64,000 nucleotides of DNA from a virus. The notes beneath the pieces were generated by a model. The model had not been told where the DNA came from, made no database searches, and was given only the letters and a program-made list of their open reading frames with translations. Within the stretch, counting starts at the first letter, position 1. Each line of letters starts with the position of its first letter. Made by a program: the position numbers and the translations under genes. Shown here piece after piece: positions 8,941 through 20,184 of the stretch. The stretch spans positions 6,038 to 70,037 of IMG/VR virus record IMGVR_UViG_3300038455_000036; one strand, written 5' to 3'.

Positions 8941-9398
8941 ATGAAAACAATACTAGATGTTTGTTGTGGTAGCAGAATGTTTTACTACGACAAAGAAAAT
9001 GAAAATACTATATATATGGATAATAGAGAGTTTGAAGATATTTTGTGTGATGGCCGAAAATTAGAAATTAAACCTGATATAGTAGCAGATTTTAGGAATA
9101 TACCGTTTGGAGACAATACTTTTAAATTAGTGGTCTTTGACCCTCCACATTTGGTCAAGGTTGGAGAAAAAAGTTGGTTGGCCAAAAAATATGGAAGATT
9201 AAATCAAGATACCTGGCAGGATGATCTTAAAAAGGGGTTTAACGAATGCATGAGAGTTCTTGAAAAAAGCGGGATATTGTCTTTAAGTGGAATGAAGAAC
9301 AAATCAAACTTGGACAAATACTTAAAATTTTTAATAAAAATCCGCTCTTTGGAAATAAGAGAGCGAAAACACATTGGTTATTATTTTACAAAGATTAG
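8941..9398 (+). pseudogene. SAM-dependent (DNA amino-) methyltransferase with a frameshift near 9279
   Basis: ILDVCCGSRMF and VVFDPPH motifs. The family C-terminus VFKWNEEQIKL...PLFGNKRAKTHWLLF continues in the -1 frame to TAG 9396-9398. Confidence 0.85.
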
Positions 9399-9416
9399 GG
9401 AAAATGGAGGTTTGAC

Positions 9417-9758
9417 ATGAAAAATTTATATAAGTGGGAATTGAAAATCAGGACTGGAGAGTTAACGAAAGAAATTAAAGAGGATGTAACAGTTGCTAAT
9501 AAGACAGAAATTGTAAGAAGAAAAGAAAGAGCATATGATTTGAAATATCGCACTAATGTTCGTGTAAAGGACTTAAATATATATATTCAGTCAATAAGAA
9601 ATGATAAAATAGAGTATTTTTCTTTAAGTGATGATATCAATATTGAAACAATGAAGGATATGGCTTGCGAGCAACTTGTTAAAGAAAGAGAAGAACTAGA
9701 AAAAATGATTGCTTATAAACAGCAAATTATTCACAAGATAATGAAATTGGAGGTTTGA
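9417..9758 (+). CDS. Hypothetical phage protein
   Basis: GGAGG RBS, 113 aa, in operon. Confidence 0.6.
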   Translation: MKNLYKWELKIRTGELTKEIKEDVTVANKTEIVRRKERAYDLKYRTNVRVKDLNIYIQSIRNDKIEYFSLSDDINIETMKDMACEQLVKEREELEKMIAYKQQIIHKIMKLEV

Positions 9759-9759
9759 A

Positions 9760-9987
9760 ATGAAAGCAAAAGAAAAAATACCAGTTAAAAACAACTTAAG
9801 AAAATATAGAATATGGAAAAACATAACACAAGAGGACTTGGCAAGTGATTTGAAAATTTCAATCAGTCAAGTACGGTTAATCGAATGTCACAGTAAATAT
9901 CCCAAGTATCAAATTAGGTCAAGAATGTGTGTTTATTTTGGGGTGAGTATGAGACAAATGTTTTACGTTGAGGAGGGGATGAAATGA
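9760..9987 (+). CDS. XRE-family HTH protein
   Basis: NNLRKYRIWKNITQEDLASDLKIS. Confidence 0.8.
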   Translation: MKAKEKIPVKNNLRKYRIWKNITQEDLASDLKISISQVRLIECHSKYPKYQIRSRMCVYFGVSMRQMFYVEEGMK

Positions 9988-10117
9988 AACTTATTAGAAT
10001 GTTTAGGGAATTAATACACGAAAGAAATGAGTTACTTTCTTTCGTGACAAAAAGTGAATTGATGGAAATAATAAAGGACTATAAAAAATTGTTAAAAAAG
10101 GGAATGGAGGAATAGAA

Positions 10118-10459
10118 ATGAGAAGGCATCAAAGACCTACAGCAATAAACCGTATGTCTGTAGGGCAATTAAAACTAAAAGAATCAGAGATAAAAAATCA
10201 GATTAAAGCATATTTGCGTTATACAGGGTGGTTTACATTTCCTATACTGCAAGGATTGGGAGTACATAAGGGTATTAGCGATATGATAGCAATAAGGAAC
10301 GGTATTGTAATTTTTATTGAGGTAAAAACAGAGAACGGAAAACAATCACAAGATCAAAAACAGTTTGAATATGACATTGTTACACAGATGGGAAATTATT
10401 GTTTGGCGAGAAGTATTGAGGATGTGCAGGAATATATTAAAAATATTGAGGAGGAATGA
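10118..10459 (+). CDS. VRR-NUC domain nuclease (Holliday-junction resolvase-like)
   Basis: KGISDMIAI..G..IFIEVKTENGKQSQDQK, a PD-(D/E)xK motif. Confidence 0.85.
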   Translation: MRRHQRPTAINRMSVGQLKLKESEIKNQIKAYLRYTGWFTFPILQGLGVHKGISDMIAIRNGIVIFIEVKTENGKQSQDQKQFEYDIVTQMGNYCLARSIEDVQEYIKNIEEE

Positions 10460-10462
10460 TCG

Positions 10463-12686
10463 ATGTTGAATACAGCAATGACAGAAAGCAAATATCAAAA
10501 ATTTGTCGAGATGACAAAAAATAACGAAAGTGTTACAGCAATTAAGTCACAATTGAAATTAACTGAATACATGTATTATAAGTATTTTAATACATATTTT
10601 GGATTATTAGACGTAAAAAAAGAGAAGGAAAAACCAAAGAAGGAAATAAGACAGAATAAACCAAATGGATATACAAATTTTATAGACATAATATTAAATG
10701 TCAGATAAATAATATAAAAAGGAAGTGGAAAAAATGTGTGATTTTATAGATGAATTTGCAAAGGCAATGAAAGAAATACATACAATGTTAGATGATTTTC
10801 CTCTTGATAAACAGTTGGAAATTATCAATAATTACGAAAATGAATTAATATTACAATCTACAGGGTGGGGGAGCGATGAATGAGTATTTTGAATTTGGTT
10901 TATGCGTGGGAATAGTTATGACGACATTAGGCATAGCAGGAATAGCAATTTTGATAAATTTGATATTTTCGAGAGGTAGAAAATGACTGATTGGCAATTT
11001 GTAATGATGGCTGTGGCGTTTTTATATGCCACAACTGGAAGTATAGTGATGTTGACGTATGCGATATTTAAGTTTTTGAAAGATTGGAGGGATGAACATT
11101 AAAAGCCTGACAGGATACAGTAAATATTTTTACGATAGATGGTGTAAATTTTGCAAATTTGACAACGAGGACGCCGATCCTGTTTGCAAAATATTGATCA
11201 TAATTATGGAGGGTGAGAAACCGCCCTCCAAATGTGAAAAATTTAGGGAGGAGAGTGAAAGATGACAATAAGTGATGAATTATATAATAAATATAAAATT
11301 AAACAGGAGCAAAGTTATAATGAGTTAAATAAATTGGGTGATAAATATAATGGCATAATAGAAATGCTTAAAATGCCAAAACTACCAGTCGACAAAGATG
11401 CAGTAGCAAAAGAATTAAACAGTTTAACGAAAAAAATAGGAATGTATTGTGGAATATCGGAGGCGTTGAGAGAATTTCTACATGAAATTGCCATGGAAAA
11501 TAAGGAGAAAACAAATGAGCAAAGATAATAGAATATGTGGCGTGTTTATGTATCGGCTTAGTTACACAAAGTTGACATTGAAAGTCAAAAAAGAAGAAGA
11601 AAAAACTTATAATGCGGTGCTGATGGAATTTATTTTAAGGGAATTTAACGAAAAAAGATTTATTGCGACCAAGATAAATAAAGCTACTAGAAACGGTACG
11701 AGTGTTAAGTTTGAAGCCATAGAGGATTATCAAAGGGCAAAGGAACGATTGTTTGAGATAGCAAAGGAATTGAATATAAAACTGGAAGAAAAAGAGAGGA
11801 GTAAAGAAAATGTCTGATTTAAAAATATTTGAAGTAGAAGAAATGTATTGGGTGTTAACAACAACACCTGAAAAAGCAATAGAAATATTATTTGATGATG
11901 ATCTGATAGATGATAAAGATATAGATAATTATATAGTTAAAGAGTGTAATTACAAAGATGGTACATGCCAGCCGCTGAGTGTATTAAAAAATATATTTAC
12001 ACAAAAAGAACTATGGGAGATTGAATATCAATTAAAAAATTATACAGATTATTACACAAAAGAAAGAGATGGAATAAAATATCATTTTGAAGATATGAGA
12101 GATAGGTTTGATTATATAGGTGTAAACTTGACTTTTGGAGAGATATTAAATAATCCAAAAATATTATCGGAATTTGAAATAGATTCCGTAATATCGACTA
12201 CTGAATATTAGAGAGGTAACAAAGGAAATGACTGAGTTAGAGATACTTATAATAAAAATAATTAGTGCAATTATAACTACCTTTGTGGCAACTGGAATAA
12301 TTGCATATGGTTATTGGAGATACTTTATAAAAAATAGATAAAAATAAATGACATATAAAAAAGGGGAGTAACAAATGAGTAACAATGTAAAAATAGCTAT
12401 AATTGTATTTATTGTAATTATAGCATATGTAATATATAAAGTATTAAGAGTAAATTTAGAAAATAAATATACAAAAAGTTATGACAATTGTGTGAAAAAT
12501 TTATACATAAATTGTAACAATAGCGAAATGTATTTGTATATATTTACATTTAACAAAAAAATACAATATAAAATATTTTACGATATAGAAAAGTTGGTGG
12601 AATTTAAAAAAGAGTTTGAAAAAGATATTTTTCCTATAGATTTGATGAAAATAAATAGTTATGATAATTACATACAATTAGAATAA
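10463..12686 (+). CDS. Cluster of short hypothetical genes (10463-10708, 11262-11528, 11482-11817, 11810-12211, 12375-12686, plus several <60-aa hydrophobic peptides)
   Basis: Co-oriented, RBS-preceded, abutting ORFs; no recognisable motifs. Confidence 0.55.
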
Positions 12687-12706
12687 AAACTAATGGAGGT
12701 GTACTA

Positions 12707-13282
12707 ATGATATGTAAAGACAAATTACTAGAGGACACCAGGAAAAAAGCGATAGACATCTTGACACGTTACCACGAATGGAAAACATATATAAAAATCA
12801 AAGAATCAGAAATAAAGAACTTAAAAGAAATTGTGTTATCATCAGAGGAACTAATCGACTTGTATGATTGTTCTGAGGGTGATTTATATAGAATGTATTG
12901 CTATAACAACGATAGTATAGTAGAAATAGAGGTATTTAAATCGTTGAGAAGGGAAAAAAAGAGGGCAGTAAAGATAAGATTGATCAAAAAAGACATAGAA
13001 AATTATCAATCGAATGTGAACATAATTAAAGCAATATTGTTAATGATTGATGATATTATGAAAGACATGAATAGCGACTATAGATTACTTATTAAGTTGT
13101 GTTATACAGAACGGAAGATAACTAGAGATAGATTTGAGGATATAGTTAACAGGTTTAATGAGGGGAGAAGGATTAAACTAACAGACAAAAGGGTGACACA
13201 ACTTAAAAATGAAGCTGTGTTGATTATAGCAAAAAGATTAAAAGATATGAAGATTATGTCATATTACACGATTGGAGAGTGA
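12707..13282 (+). CDS. RinA/ArpU-like transcriptional activator
   Basis: Coiled coil followed by a sigma region-4-like C-terminus (LLIKLCY...RVTQLKNEAVLIIA); weak recognition. Confidence 0.5.
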   Translation: MICKDKLLEDTRKKAIDILTRYHEWKTYIKIKESEIKNLKEIVLSSEELIDLYDCSEGDLYRMYCYNNDSIVEIEVFKSLRREKKRAVKIRLIKKDIENYQSNVNIIKAILLMIDDIMKDMNSDYRLLIKLCYTERKITRDRFEDIVNRFNEGRRIKLTDKRVTQLKNEAVLIIAKRLKDMKIMSYYTIGE

Positions 13283-14106
13283 TAAAATATGTTTATATAT
13301 GCAATTATAGCACTTACAATATTTACGATTGGTGTTATTACAGGAATAAGAATAAAAAATAATAGAATGGCATATGGTGTTATTAATTTAGCTGAAATAA
13401 GGAGTAAAGAAAGGGATGATATTTACAAATGAAGAATGATTTTGATAATGATTTTTTTAAATTAGTTATTACAATATTTTGTTTAATTGTTTTTCTTTGT
13501 ATAATACTTGGAATATTGGCTAAGATTTTAGGAGCATAAAAAGTGAGGTGAGAAGATGAAATATAAAGATACTTTTATAAGATATTATTTTTTAAATCCG
13601 CTAATTGGAATTCGTGACAACATTCTTGTAAAATTAAATTATTGGTGGTGTGATGATTGCGGAAAATATCATTCATCAAGGGTTAAACATTACTGGAATC
13701 AAGACAGTTTGACATGTGTTGAAGAAAATGAGAAACTATCAAATTTTAATTTTAAATTTATGAAAGTGAGGTGATTTTGTGAGTGGTGGACATCTTGAGA
13801 TTATTTTTAAAACTAATAACAGTCAAGTAAAATATGTTTTTAAAGATGAAGAACTAAGAGAGTACTTTGAGAAATTAATATATGATAAGATGATTGATTT
13901 AGAGGGGTATAAAAGGTTAAGATTACAAGATGTCGTAAAAGTAAGAGGATAGATAATATAAAAAAATAAATAGAGAGAAATAAAAGGGTGAAATTGAATT
14001 GGAACAGTTAAGACAATAAAGACAAATCTATACAATTTATGTAAATATATAGTGTAGATTTGTTTTGTTATGTTCAAAAAACTACACAAAAGTATAATAT
14101 AACATT

Positions 14107-14721
14107 ATGTATATAAATGTTAGTATAAATATATATTATTTAATTTTAGGGAGGAATGATTTAATGAATTTAGAAAAAACTGATAAGAAAAAAATTATTA
14201 TTGGTGCTGTAATAATATTTTTTGTTATTTGCTGTTTTTGTTGTTGCGGTGGGTTTTTTACCGGAAAAGATAAAGCGAGTTTAGAAAAGGAAAAGAATGA
14301 GGAAAAAATTACTAAAGTAACTGCAACTAAAGCAGAAACAATAAAAATACCAGAACCAACACCGACCGAAACACCTACAGCAACACCAACTCCAACACCT
14401 GTCCAATATAAAATTATTTCCTATAGTGAATTAGCAAGATATCCAGAAAAATATGAAAAAACATTTGTTTCATTTTCGGGAAAAGTAGTACAAGTATTAC
14501 AAGATGGAGAAACTTATAATTTTAGAATTGCAGTTAATGGAGATTATAATGCTATTATTTTTTGTGAATACTATAATACAGATAAGACTAAAGCTAGAAT
14601 ATTGGAAGATGATTACGTAAATTTTAAAGGGATGTTTACAGGTCTTACGAGTTATAAATCGACTTTAGGTGGTACAATAACGATTCCGGGGATGTATCTT
14701 ACTGAGATAAATTTAAAATGA
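14107..14721 (+). CDS. Membrane-anchored exported protein with Pro/Thr linker and OB-fold-like domain (moron)
   Basis: TM helix ending CCFCCCGG, PEPTPTETPT linker, YSELARYPEKY...GKVVQV...RILEDD.V...G. Likely start ATG 14164. Confidence 0.7.
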   Translation: MYINVSINIYYLILGRNDLMNLEKTDKKKIIIGAVIIFFVICCFCCCGGFFTGKDKASLEKEKNEEKITKVTATKAETIKIPEPTPTETPTATPTPTPVQYKIISYSELARYPEKYEKTFVSFSGKVVQVLQDGETYNFRIAVNGDYNAIIFCEYYNTDKTKARILEDDYVNFKGMFTGLTSYKSTLGGTITIPGMYLTEINLK

Positions 14722-14806
14722 TTTTTGAAATAAAATTTACATTTGACGATTAATGTTGATTGATGTTAATATAAAAATATATTGATATTGATCGGGGGAT
14801 AAAATT

Positions 14807-14998
14807 ATGAAATGGAAAGTTGAGGATATTATTAATACAGTCCAGGCATCGGAAATATTAGGTATAAATATAGCCAATACAAAAATTTGGATACAAAAAA
14901 ATTTAAAAGAAAATATAGATTTTAAAAAATTTCCGCAAAATTATGTTATAAATAAAGCTAGTCTTTTAAAGGTCTTAGAGAAAAGTAAATCAAAATAG
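14807..14998 (+). CDS. Small HTH DNA-binding regulator
   Basis: IINTVQASEILGI...IDFKKF pattern; operator-like palindromes on both sides. Confidence 0.65.
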   Translation: MKWKVEDIINTVQASEILGINIANTKIWIQKNLKENIDFKKFPQNYVINKASLLKVLEKSKSK

Positions 14999-15080
14999 AA
15001 ATTAACAAATTAAGGATTAATGATTGTTTGAAGATCATTAATCCTTTTTATTTTGCAATGATTTATTAACATATTTGTAA

Positions 15081-15136
15081 TTGACAACAATCAAAGTTGA
15101 TTGTATAATATAAATATAGTCAATCAACATTGATTG
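15081..15136 (+). promoter_or_regulatory. Perfect sigmaA promoter with two palindromic operators
   Basis: TTGACA-N17-TATAAT (15081-15109). CAATCAA-NN-TTGATTG at 15088-15103 and 15121-15136; variant CGATTAATGTTGATTG at 14747-14762. Confidence 0.85.
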
Positions 15137-15548
15137 ATAACAACTCTACAAGAGAGAAGTTAAACGTAGCAATTTGATTTTACTCTCTTGTAAGAAAAAT
15201 TACAAGGAGGAAATTAACATGTCAGTATATCAATTAGCTTCAACAATAGGATTGGAAAGCAAAATAAATTTATCAGGGTCAGGATTTTTCTTTAATCTCT
15301 TAATCTCAAATTTCAGAAATGAAAACAATGAAAACTACAAATGGTCAAAACCATTAAGCAAAGAAAGACTTAAAAGGTTTGAAACTTCCAACAAAGAAGT
15401 GCTTGGCAAAAGTGAAGATACAATTTTATACAGAGTAGCAGGAAAACTATTTGTAAATAAGTTGTTCGCTGATGGATGGAAAGGCAAAAAGATTTACGGA
15501 TAAATATGAAGGGGAATTTAATTCCCCTAAAGAGAGGATAAATTTATA

Positions 15549-16079
15549 ATGATTGAGTTAGATGGAATGAAGTTTTATAAAGACAATAAAGGATACTACA
15601 GAACAGCAAAAATTAAAAATAGTGAACGAATCAGATTACATGTATACATTTACGAGAAGGCAAACAATATTAAAGTGCCTAAAGATTATGACATACATCA
15701 CAAAGATCTTAACAAAAGTAACAACGAACCGTCGAATTTAGCAATGATGACGCATTCGGAACACAGAAAATTGCATAGTATAGGCAAAAAACACAAACTT
15801 TCAGAAGAAACTAAGTTAAAAATGAGTGAGTCTAAAATAGGTAACAAAAATGCATTAGGTCATAAACACTCAGAAGAAACTAAATTAAAAATGAGTAAAT
15901 CTAAAAAAGGTTGTAAATGTTGGAAGGCTAAGTTAGACGATCATAAAGTGTGTATAATCAAAAATTTAATAGCTCGAGGTTTCAAAAATTTAGAAATAGC
16001 CAAGATATTTGACGTTGATAGACACACCATTAGCCATATAAGACACAATAAAACGTGGAAACATGTAAAACAAATATAA
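15549..16079 (+). CDS. HNH homing endonuclease with NUMOD3 repeats
   Basis: DIHHKDLNKSNNEPSNL; two SEETKLKMS repeats; C-terminal HTH. Confidence 0.88.
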   Translation: MIELDGMKFYKDNKGYYRTAKIKNSERIRLHVYIYEKANNIKVPKDYDIHHKDLNKSNNEPSNLAMMTHSEHRKLHSIGKKHKLSEETKLKMSESKIGNKNALGHKHSEETKLKMSKSKKGCKCWKAKLDDHKVCIIKNLIARGFKNLEIAKIFDVDRHTISHIRHNKTWKHVKQI

Positions 16080-16107
16080 ACAATAGGGAGGGTGAAACCT
16101 CCCGGAA

Positions 16108-16779
16108 ATGAAATGGAGGATGATGATTATGGCAGATGTATCAGTAATTAAAACAGATTCAGGCGAAATTAAATTAAGTTTAGGACTTATAAATAAATAC
16201 TTAGTAAGAGGACAGGGGAGAATAACAGAGCAAGAAGCATTATTATTTTTAAGCTTATGTAAACATCAGAGACTAAATCCATGGATAAACGAAGCTTACT
16301 TGATTAAATACGGAGATAGAGACCCTGCAACGATGGTTGTCGGTAAAGATGTATTTACAAAAAGAGCTTTTAAAAATCCTAATTGTGACGGATGGCAAGC
16401 TGGTATTACAATTTACAATAAGATTACTAGCGAAATAATAGACAGACAAGGAAGTGCTTATCATAAAGAAACTGAAACACTTATAGGTGGATGGTGTCAA
16501 GTATGGTTTAAAGACAAACAAATGCCGCTTAAACAATCAGTAGAAATTGGTGAATACATAAACCTTAAAAAAGATGGTACACCAAACAAAATGTGGGCAA
16601 CGAAACCAGCAACAATGATCAGGAAAGTTGCAATAGTACAGACATTAAGAGAAGCATTTCCTGACGACTTTCAAAATTGCTACTTTGAGGAAGAAATGAA
16701 AGTTGATACTGAGGAATTGAAAACACTTGATATTGAGGAAGAAATTTATATTACTGAGGAAGAAAATAAAGCAAGTTAA
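16108..16779 (+). CDS. bet: Bet/RecT-family single-strand annealing recombinase
   Basis: LCKHQRLNPWINEAYLIKYG, MWATKPATMIRKVAIVQTLREAFP. Confidence 0.9.
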   Translation: MKWRMMIMADVSVIKTDSGEIKLSLGLINKYLVRGQGRITEQEALLFLSLCKHQRLNPWINEAYLIKYGDRDPATMVVGKDVFTKRAFKNPNCDGWQAGITIYNKITSEIIDRQGSAYHKETETLIGGWCQVWFKDKQMPLKQSVEIGEYINLKKDGTPNKMWATKPATMIRKVAIVQTLREAFPDDFQNCYFEEEMKVDTEELKTLDIEEEIYITEEENKAS

Positions 16780-17883
16780 AAACGGAGGGGGTTAACCTCC
16801 TCCAAGAAAGGAGTGGAGTAGATGAAAAAGTTACTTAGTAGAATAATTGAACTTACAGGAAAGAAAGAAATAGAATGGAATGAAGTTGAAACTAAAGTAA
16901 GCAATTGCATAAGGTTTAAAGCTGTAGGACTTAAACATATATTTGTAATAATGGAGTTTACGGATGGAAACAAGAGTTATTCAGGATATACAGAAAAGGG
17001 AAAAGAACAGGAATTAATTTTAATAAGTGATAATAAGAAGGAAATGGATATGTTCCTAAAAATAATAAAACCACTAGCGAGGATAAAGGAGAAAGTATCA
17101 TGTTAGATAAAAATACATTGCAAGCAAAAATAAAAGAATTAATTCCAGAAGAATATAGTTTTATTTATGACTTAGAATTTGGAGAACTGGAAACACATAG
17201 AAATCCATTAACAGGCAATAATTTTATATACTTTAGTAATATTGCTTTATTTGAAGATAAAACAGGAGAAATAAGCGGACATATAAATACTTTGAATAGA
17301 TTAACAAGGGGGAATAAATTATGAGAAGATTATATAAACTAATAAAATGGTTTTGGACTTGCCCACACTGCAAGTCATTAAATGGAGATAAGGAAAAAAC
17401 TTGCTGGAAATGTTATAGATAAATAAAATTTAAGGGGGAATTGATTATGATTATGACAAATTTTTATATCGTATTGGCATTAAACATAATAAAATTTGAG
17501 AATCAAAAAACCCTTGAAATGGTGGAAAAGTGGAAAAAAGTTGACAATGGCAAAAGGTATACACTTGATGAAGTTTTAGAAGAAGCGGAATAATTTCATG
17601 GGGCATAAGCCCCGGAAAGGATAAACTAATGAAAAATATAGAAGATTTAAATGATTATCTAGCAATAGCAATCAATAAGAACATAACAATTTTTGGAATA
17701 TATACTAAAAAATTTAAAGAAGAAATAAAAAAAGATATAAAAAAATTGCTGTCAAAAGATGAAATACAATACTTTATTATCAGGATAAAATTGGAAAATG
17801 ACAAAAGAGTAATTGGATACGAAATTTATCAAGGGTGATAAAATAATTTGGTGGGGCTATAAAGCCCCAGAAAGGATGATAAT

Positions 17884-18453
17884 ATGCTTAAACTAAATAA
17901 TGGAGAATGGTTTGACAGCGATAATCAATTAGAAAATGCAATAAATATGAGACTTTGTAGGGCATGCGAATATTTAGCTAAAGGATATACAAAATGTATA
18001 GGGTGTTATATTGGTAAAAAAGAGTTTTTTAGTAAAGCAAAAATACAAATAAATGATAACAATAATAAAATAATTACAAATAAAGGAGATAAGAAGATGA
18101 ATAAATATTATGAAATTGCAAAGGTATGTTTTGAATTAGTCGTAAAAATAAGAAAATTAAACAACGAAAAGGAAGTTGATCTAAACGAAACATTTGATAC
18201 TATTTCAAAAGAAAGACAAAAATACCTATATGATAATATTGAGCATATTATTAAAAATCCTAATTTAACAGCAAAGGAAGAACATAATATTTGGATGAAA
18301 CCAAGGTTGGAAGATGGATGGGTATATGGTGAAAAGACAGATAGAAAAAACAAGATACACAATTGTTTGGTACCATTTGAGGATTTGAACTTTTATCAAA
18401 AATTAAAAGATCACTTAGTGATAGAAACTGTAAAAATGTATTTTGGATTATAA
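17884..18453 (+). CDS. RyR-domain protein (internal RBS and in-frame ATG at 18097)
   Basis: EHNIWMKPRLEDGWVYGEKTDRKNKIHNCLVPFEDL...QKLKD is the RyR repeat signature. Confidence 0.75.
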   Translation: MLKLNNGEWFDSDNQLENAINMRLCRACEYLAKGYTKCIGCYIGKKEFFSKAKIQINDNNNKIITNKGDKKMNKYYEIAKVCFELVVKIRKLNNEKEVDLNETFDTISKERQKYLYDNIEHIIKNPNLTAKEEHNIWMKPRLEDGWVYGEKTDRKNKIHNCLVPFEDLNFYQKLKDHLVIETVKMYFGL

Positions 18454-19068
18454 TAATTTGGCGGAGGGCGTGAAGTCCTCCAGAAAGGATTTGAAAAATG
18501 GATGAATGTGAAAAATGCGGAAGTAAAAATATTTATATGACAGTATCATTGATGTTTAAAATACCTGCAAAATATGAAGGGCATATTACAAAGAAAGTTT
18601 TGACAATGAAAGAAACGGAACTTTTAGCGGCGAATTGGGATAGAGTAATATATCATTGTGGAGATTGTGGGAAAAAACAAAAAGGTTGGGAGGATGATGG
18701 AAATTAACACCAAAATAATTATAGAATTAATATTAATTACAATTATTTATAGTTTTATGGGTTTTGGAATATTGATTATACTGTTATTATTTAAAAATAG
18801 GAAAGGATGATGGAAATGATTGATGTTTATGGTTTATCAGTAAATGAAATATCATGTATACATGATGATTTAGAAATTTTGCAAGAGGATCTAGAAAATT
18901 TTTTAGATGATAAAAATATTGAAAAATTGATGAATGAAGTAAAATTAATGAAAATTAATGAGATTAAAAATTTTAATATTTTTTTCCATAATATTAGTAT
19001 AAAATATTTTAAAATGTCAAAGGATGAATTTGAAAATTTACCAGAATTTGATGGATGGTGAATAAATT

Positions 19069-19110
19069 AAAAAAGCAACTATCGAGAATTACTCGGCAGT
19101 TGCTTTTTTT
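19069..19110. terminator. Bidirectional intrinsic terminator
   Basis: AAAAAAGCAACT.TCGAG-AATTA-CTCGG.AGTTGCTTTTTTT. Confidence 0.85.
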
Positions 19111-19190
19111 GTATCAAAAAGGCTATAGGTGGAAATTACTTTGTTTCCGTCCCCTGACGGGGAATATAGCCTTTTTTAAATGTCATCACG
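19070..19190 (-). ncRNA. Small RNA containing a solitary type III-like CRISPR repeat (19143-19181)
   Basis: Minus strand reads ...TATTCCCCGTCAGGGGACGGAAAC. Promoter TTGACT-N17-TAAAAT at 19225-19197 (minus); terminator downstream. Confidence 0.72.
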
Positions 19191-19256
19191 AGGTATATTT
19201 TATATTAGTTTTTATAGAAAGTCAAAATATGTAACACTATTTTAACATAAAAGGTA

Positions 19257-19285
19257 TTGCAAAGTATTGTATAGTATTGTATAAT
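19257..19285 (+). promoter_or_regulatory. sigmaA promoter overlapped by three GTATTG direct repeats
   Basis: TTGCAA-N17-TATAAT; the repeats could be sites for the RHH-like protein at 19780. Confidence 0.7.
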
Positions 19286-19325
19286 GAATATATCAAATAA
19301 ATAAATTTTACGGAGGAATGAGATT

Positions 19326-19727
19326 ATGAAAAAGACAAATATTGATGGAATTATTGAACAATTACAAGAGATAGGAAAAACAAGCGTAATAAATATTGAT
19401 AATTTAGGTGAGATCATGACGGAGTTAGAAGAATTAGGATATATTACAGAATTATCACCAGATACCGATTATCTTGTTTTAAAGAACAGAATAAGAGCAA
19501 TAGGTATTTACAATAGCGAATCAAAATTTACAAAGACTGATGATAACAATTGGGAATTTTATATACCACGAGCAAATAGAAGTTGGACAGTATTGGACGA
19601 AGAAATAAACGATATTTTGGATAGATGGATATATGATACAAATGAGCCGATTGATTTAAACAGTGATACAGAGGAAGATGATATAAAAGCTATTAAAAAA
19701 TGGTTAAAAAATAGGGATGAGATATAA
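19326..19727 (+). CDS. Hypothetical acidic protein
   Basis: GGAGG RBS; first gene after the promoter. Confidence 0.6.
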   Translation: MKKTNIDGIIEQLQEIGKTSVINIDNLGEIMTELEELGYITELSPDTDYLVLKNRIRAIGIYNSESKFTKTDDNNWEFYIPRANRSWTVLDEEINDILDRWIYDTNEPIDLNSDTEEDDIKAIKKWLKNRDEI

Positions 19728-19779
19728 AACAAAATTAAAAAAGTTATGGAGGTCATTGACCTCCTGAAAGGGTGATGAT

Positions 19780-20184
19780 ATGAAAAAGGCAGTTACTTAT
19801 AAGTTAGATCAGCAAGTGTTAGACATAATTGATAAAATGGCAGAAGAAAAAAAATGGTCTAAGGTTGCTATAATCGAAACATCTGTTAAGGAGTTTTATG
19901 AGAAAAATAAAGTTGAAAATAAACAACAAGAAGCTCAAAAAAGCACAATTAAAGTCGGTGATAAGTATTTTAAAGTTACTATGTATACATCGGTTGAGAT
20001 TGGAGAATGTGGAGATATTGGAATAGGTATCGACAGAATTTACGCCGATGAAGATATAAAATTTGAGGAATTTATTTATAAAAAAGGACAGCTGATATAT
20101 GACAATGATTCAGAAGATGAAAATCTAAGCAATATAAATAAAACGATTCTTGTATATCAAAATTATGATGATATACCTGATTGA
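19780..20184 (+). CDS. Ribbon-helix-helix (CopG-like) N-terminal domain protein
   Basis: MKKAVTYKLDQQVLDIIDKMAEEKKWSKVAIIE. Confidence 0.65.
   Translation: MKKAVTYKLDQQVLDIIDKMAEEKKWSKVAIIETSVKEFYEKNKVENKQQEAQKSTIKVGDKYFKVTMYTSVEIGECGDIGIGIDRIYADEDIKFEEFIYKKGQLIYDNDSEDENLSNINKTILVYQNYDDIPD

Noticed and set aside
15148-15192. Long leader hairpin (TACAAGAGAG...CTCTCTTGTA) as a ribozyme or riboswitch
   Set aside because: No recognisable catalytic or aptamer consensus; may be an RNase III or stability stem.
19771-19785. 15-nt match (GGTGATGATATGAAA) between the reverse complement of CRISPR spacer 3 and the prophage, suggesting targeting of the neighbour
   Set aside because: It covers only spacer positions 11-25 rather than the 5' seed, the flanks mismatch, and it is a generic RBS-ATG-AAA motif. 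No full-length protospacer was found by eye for any spacer.
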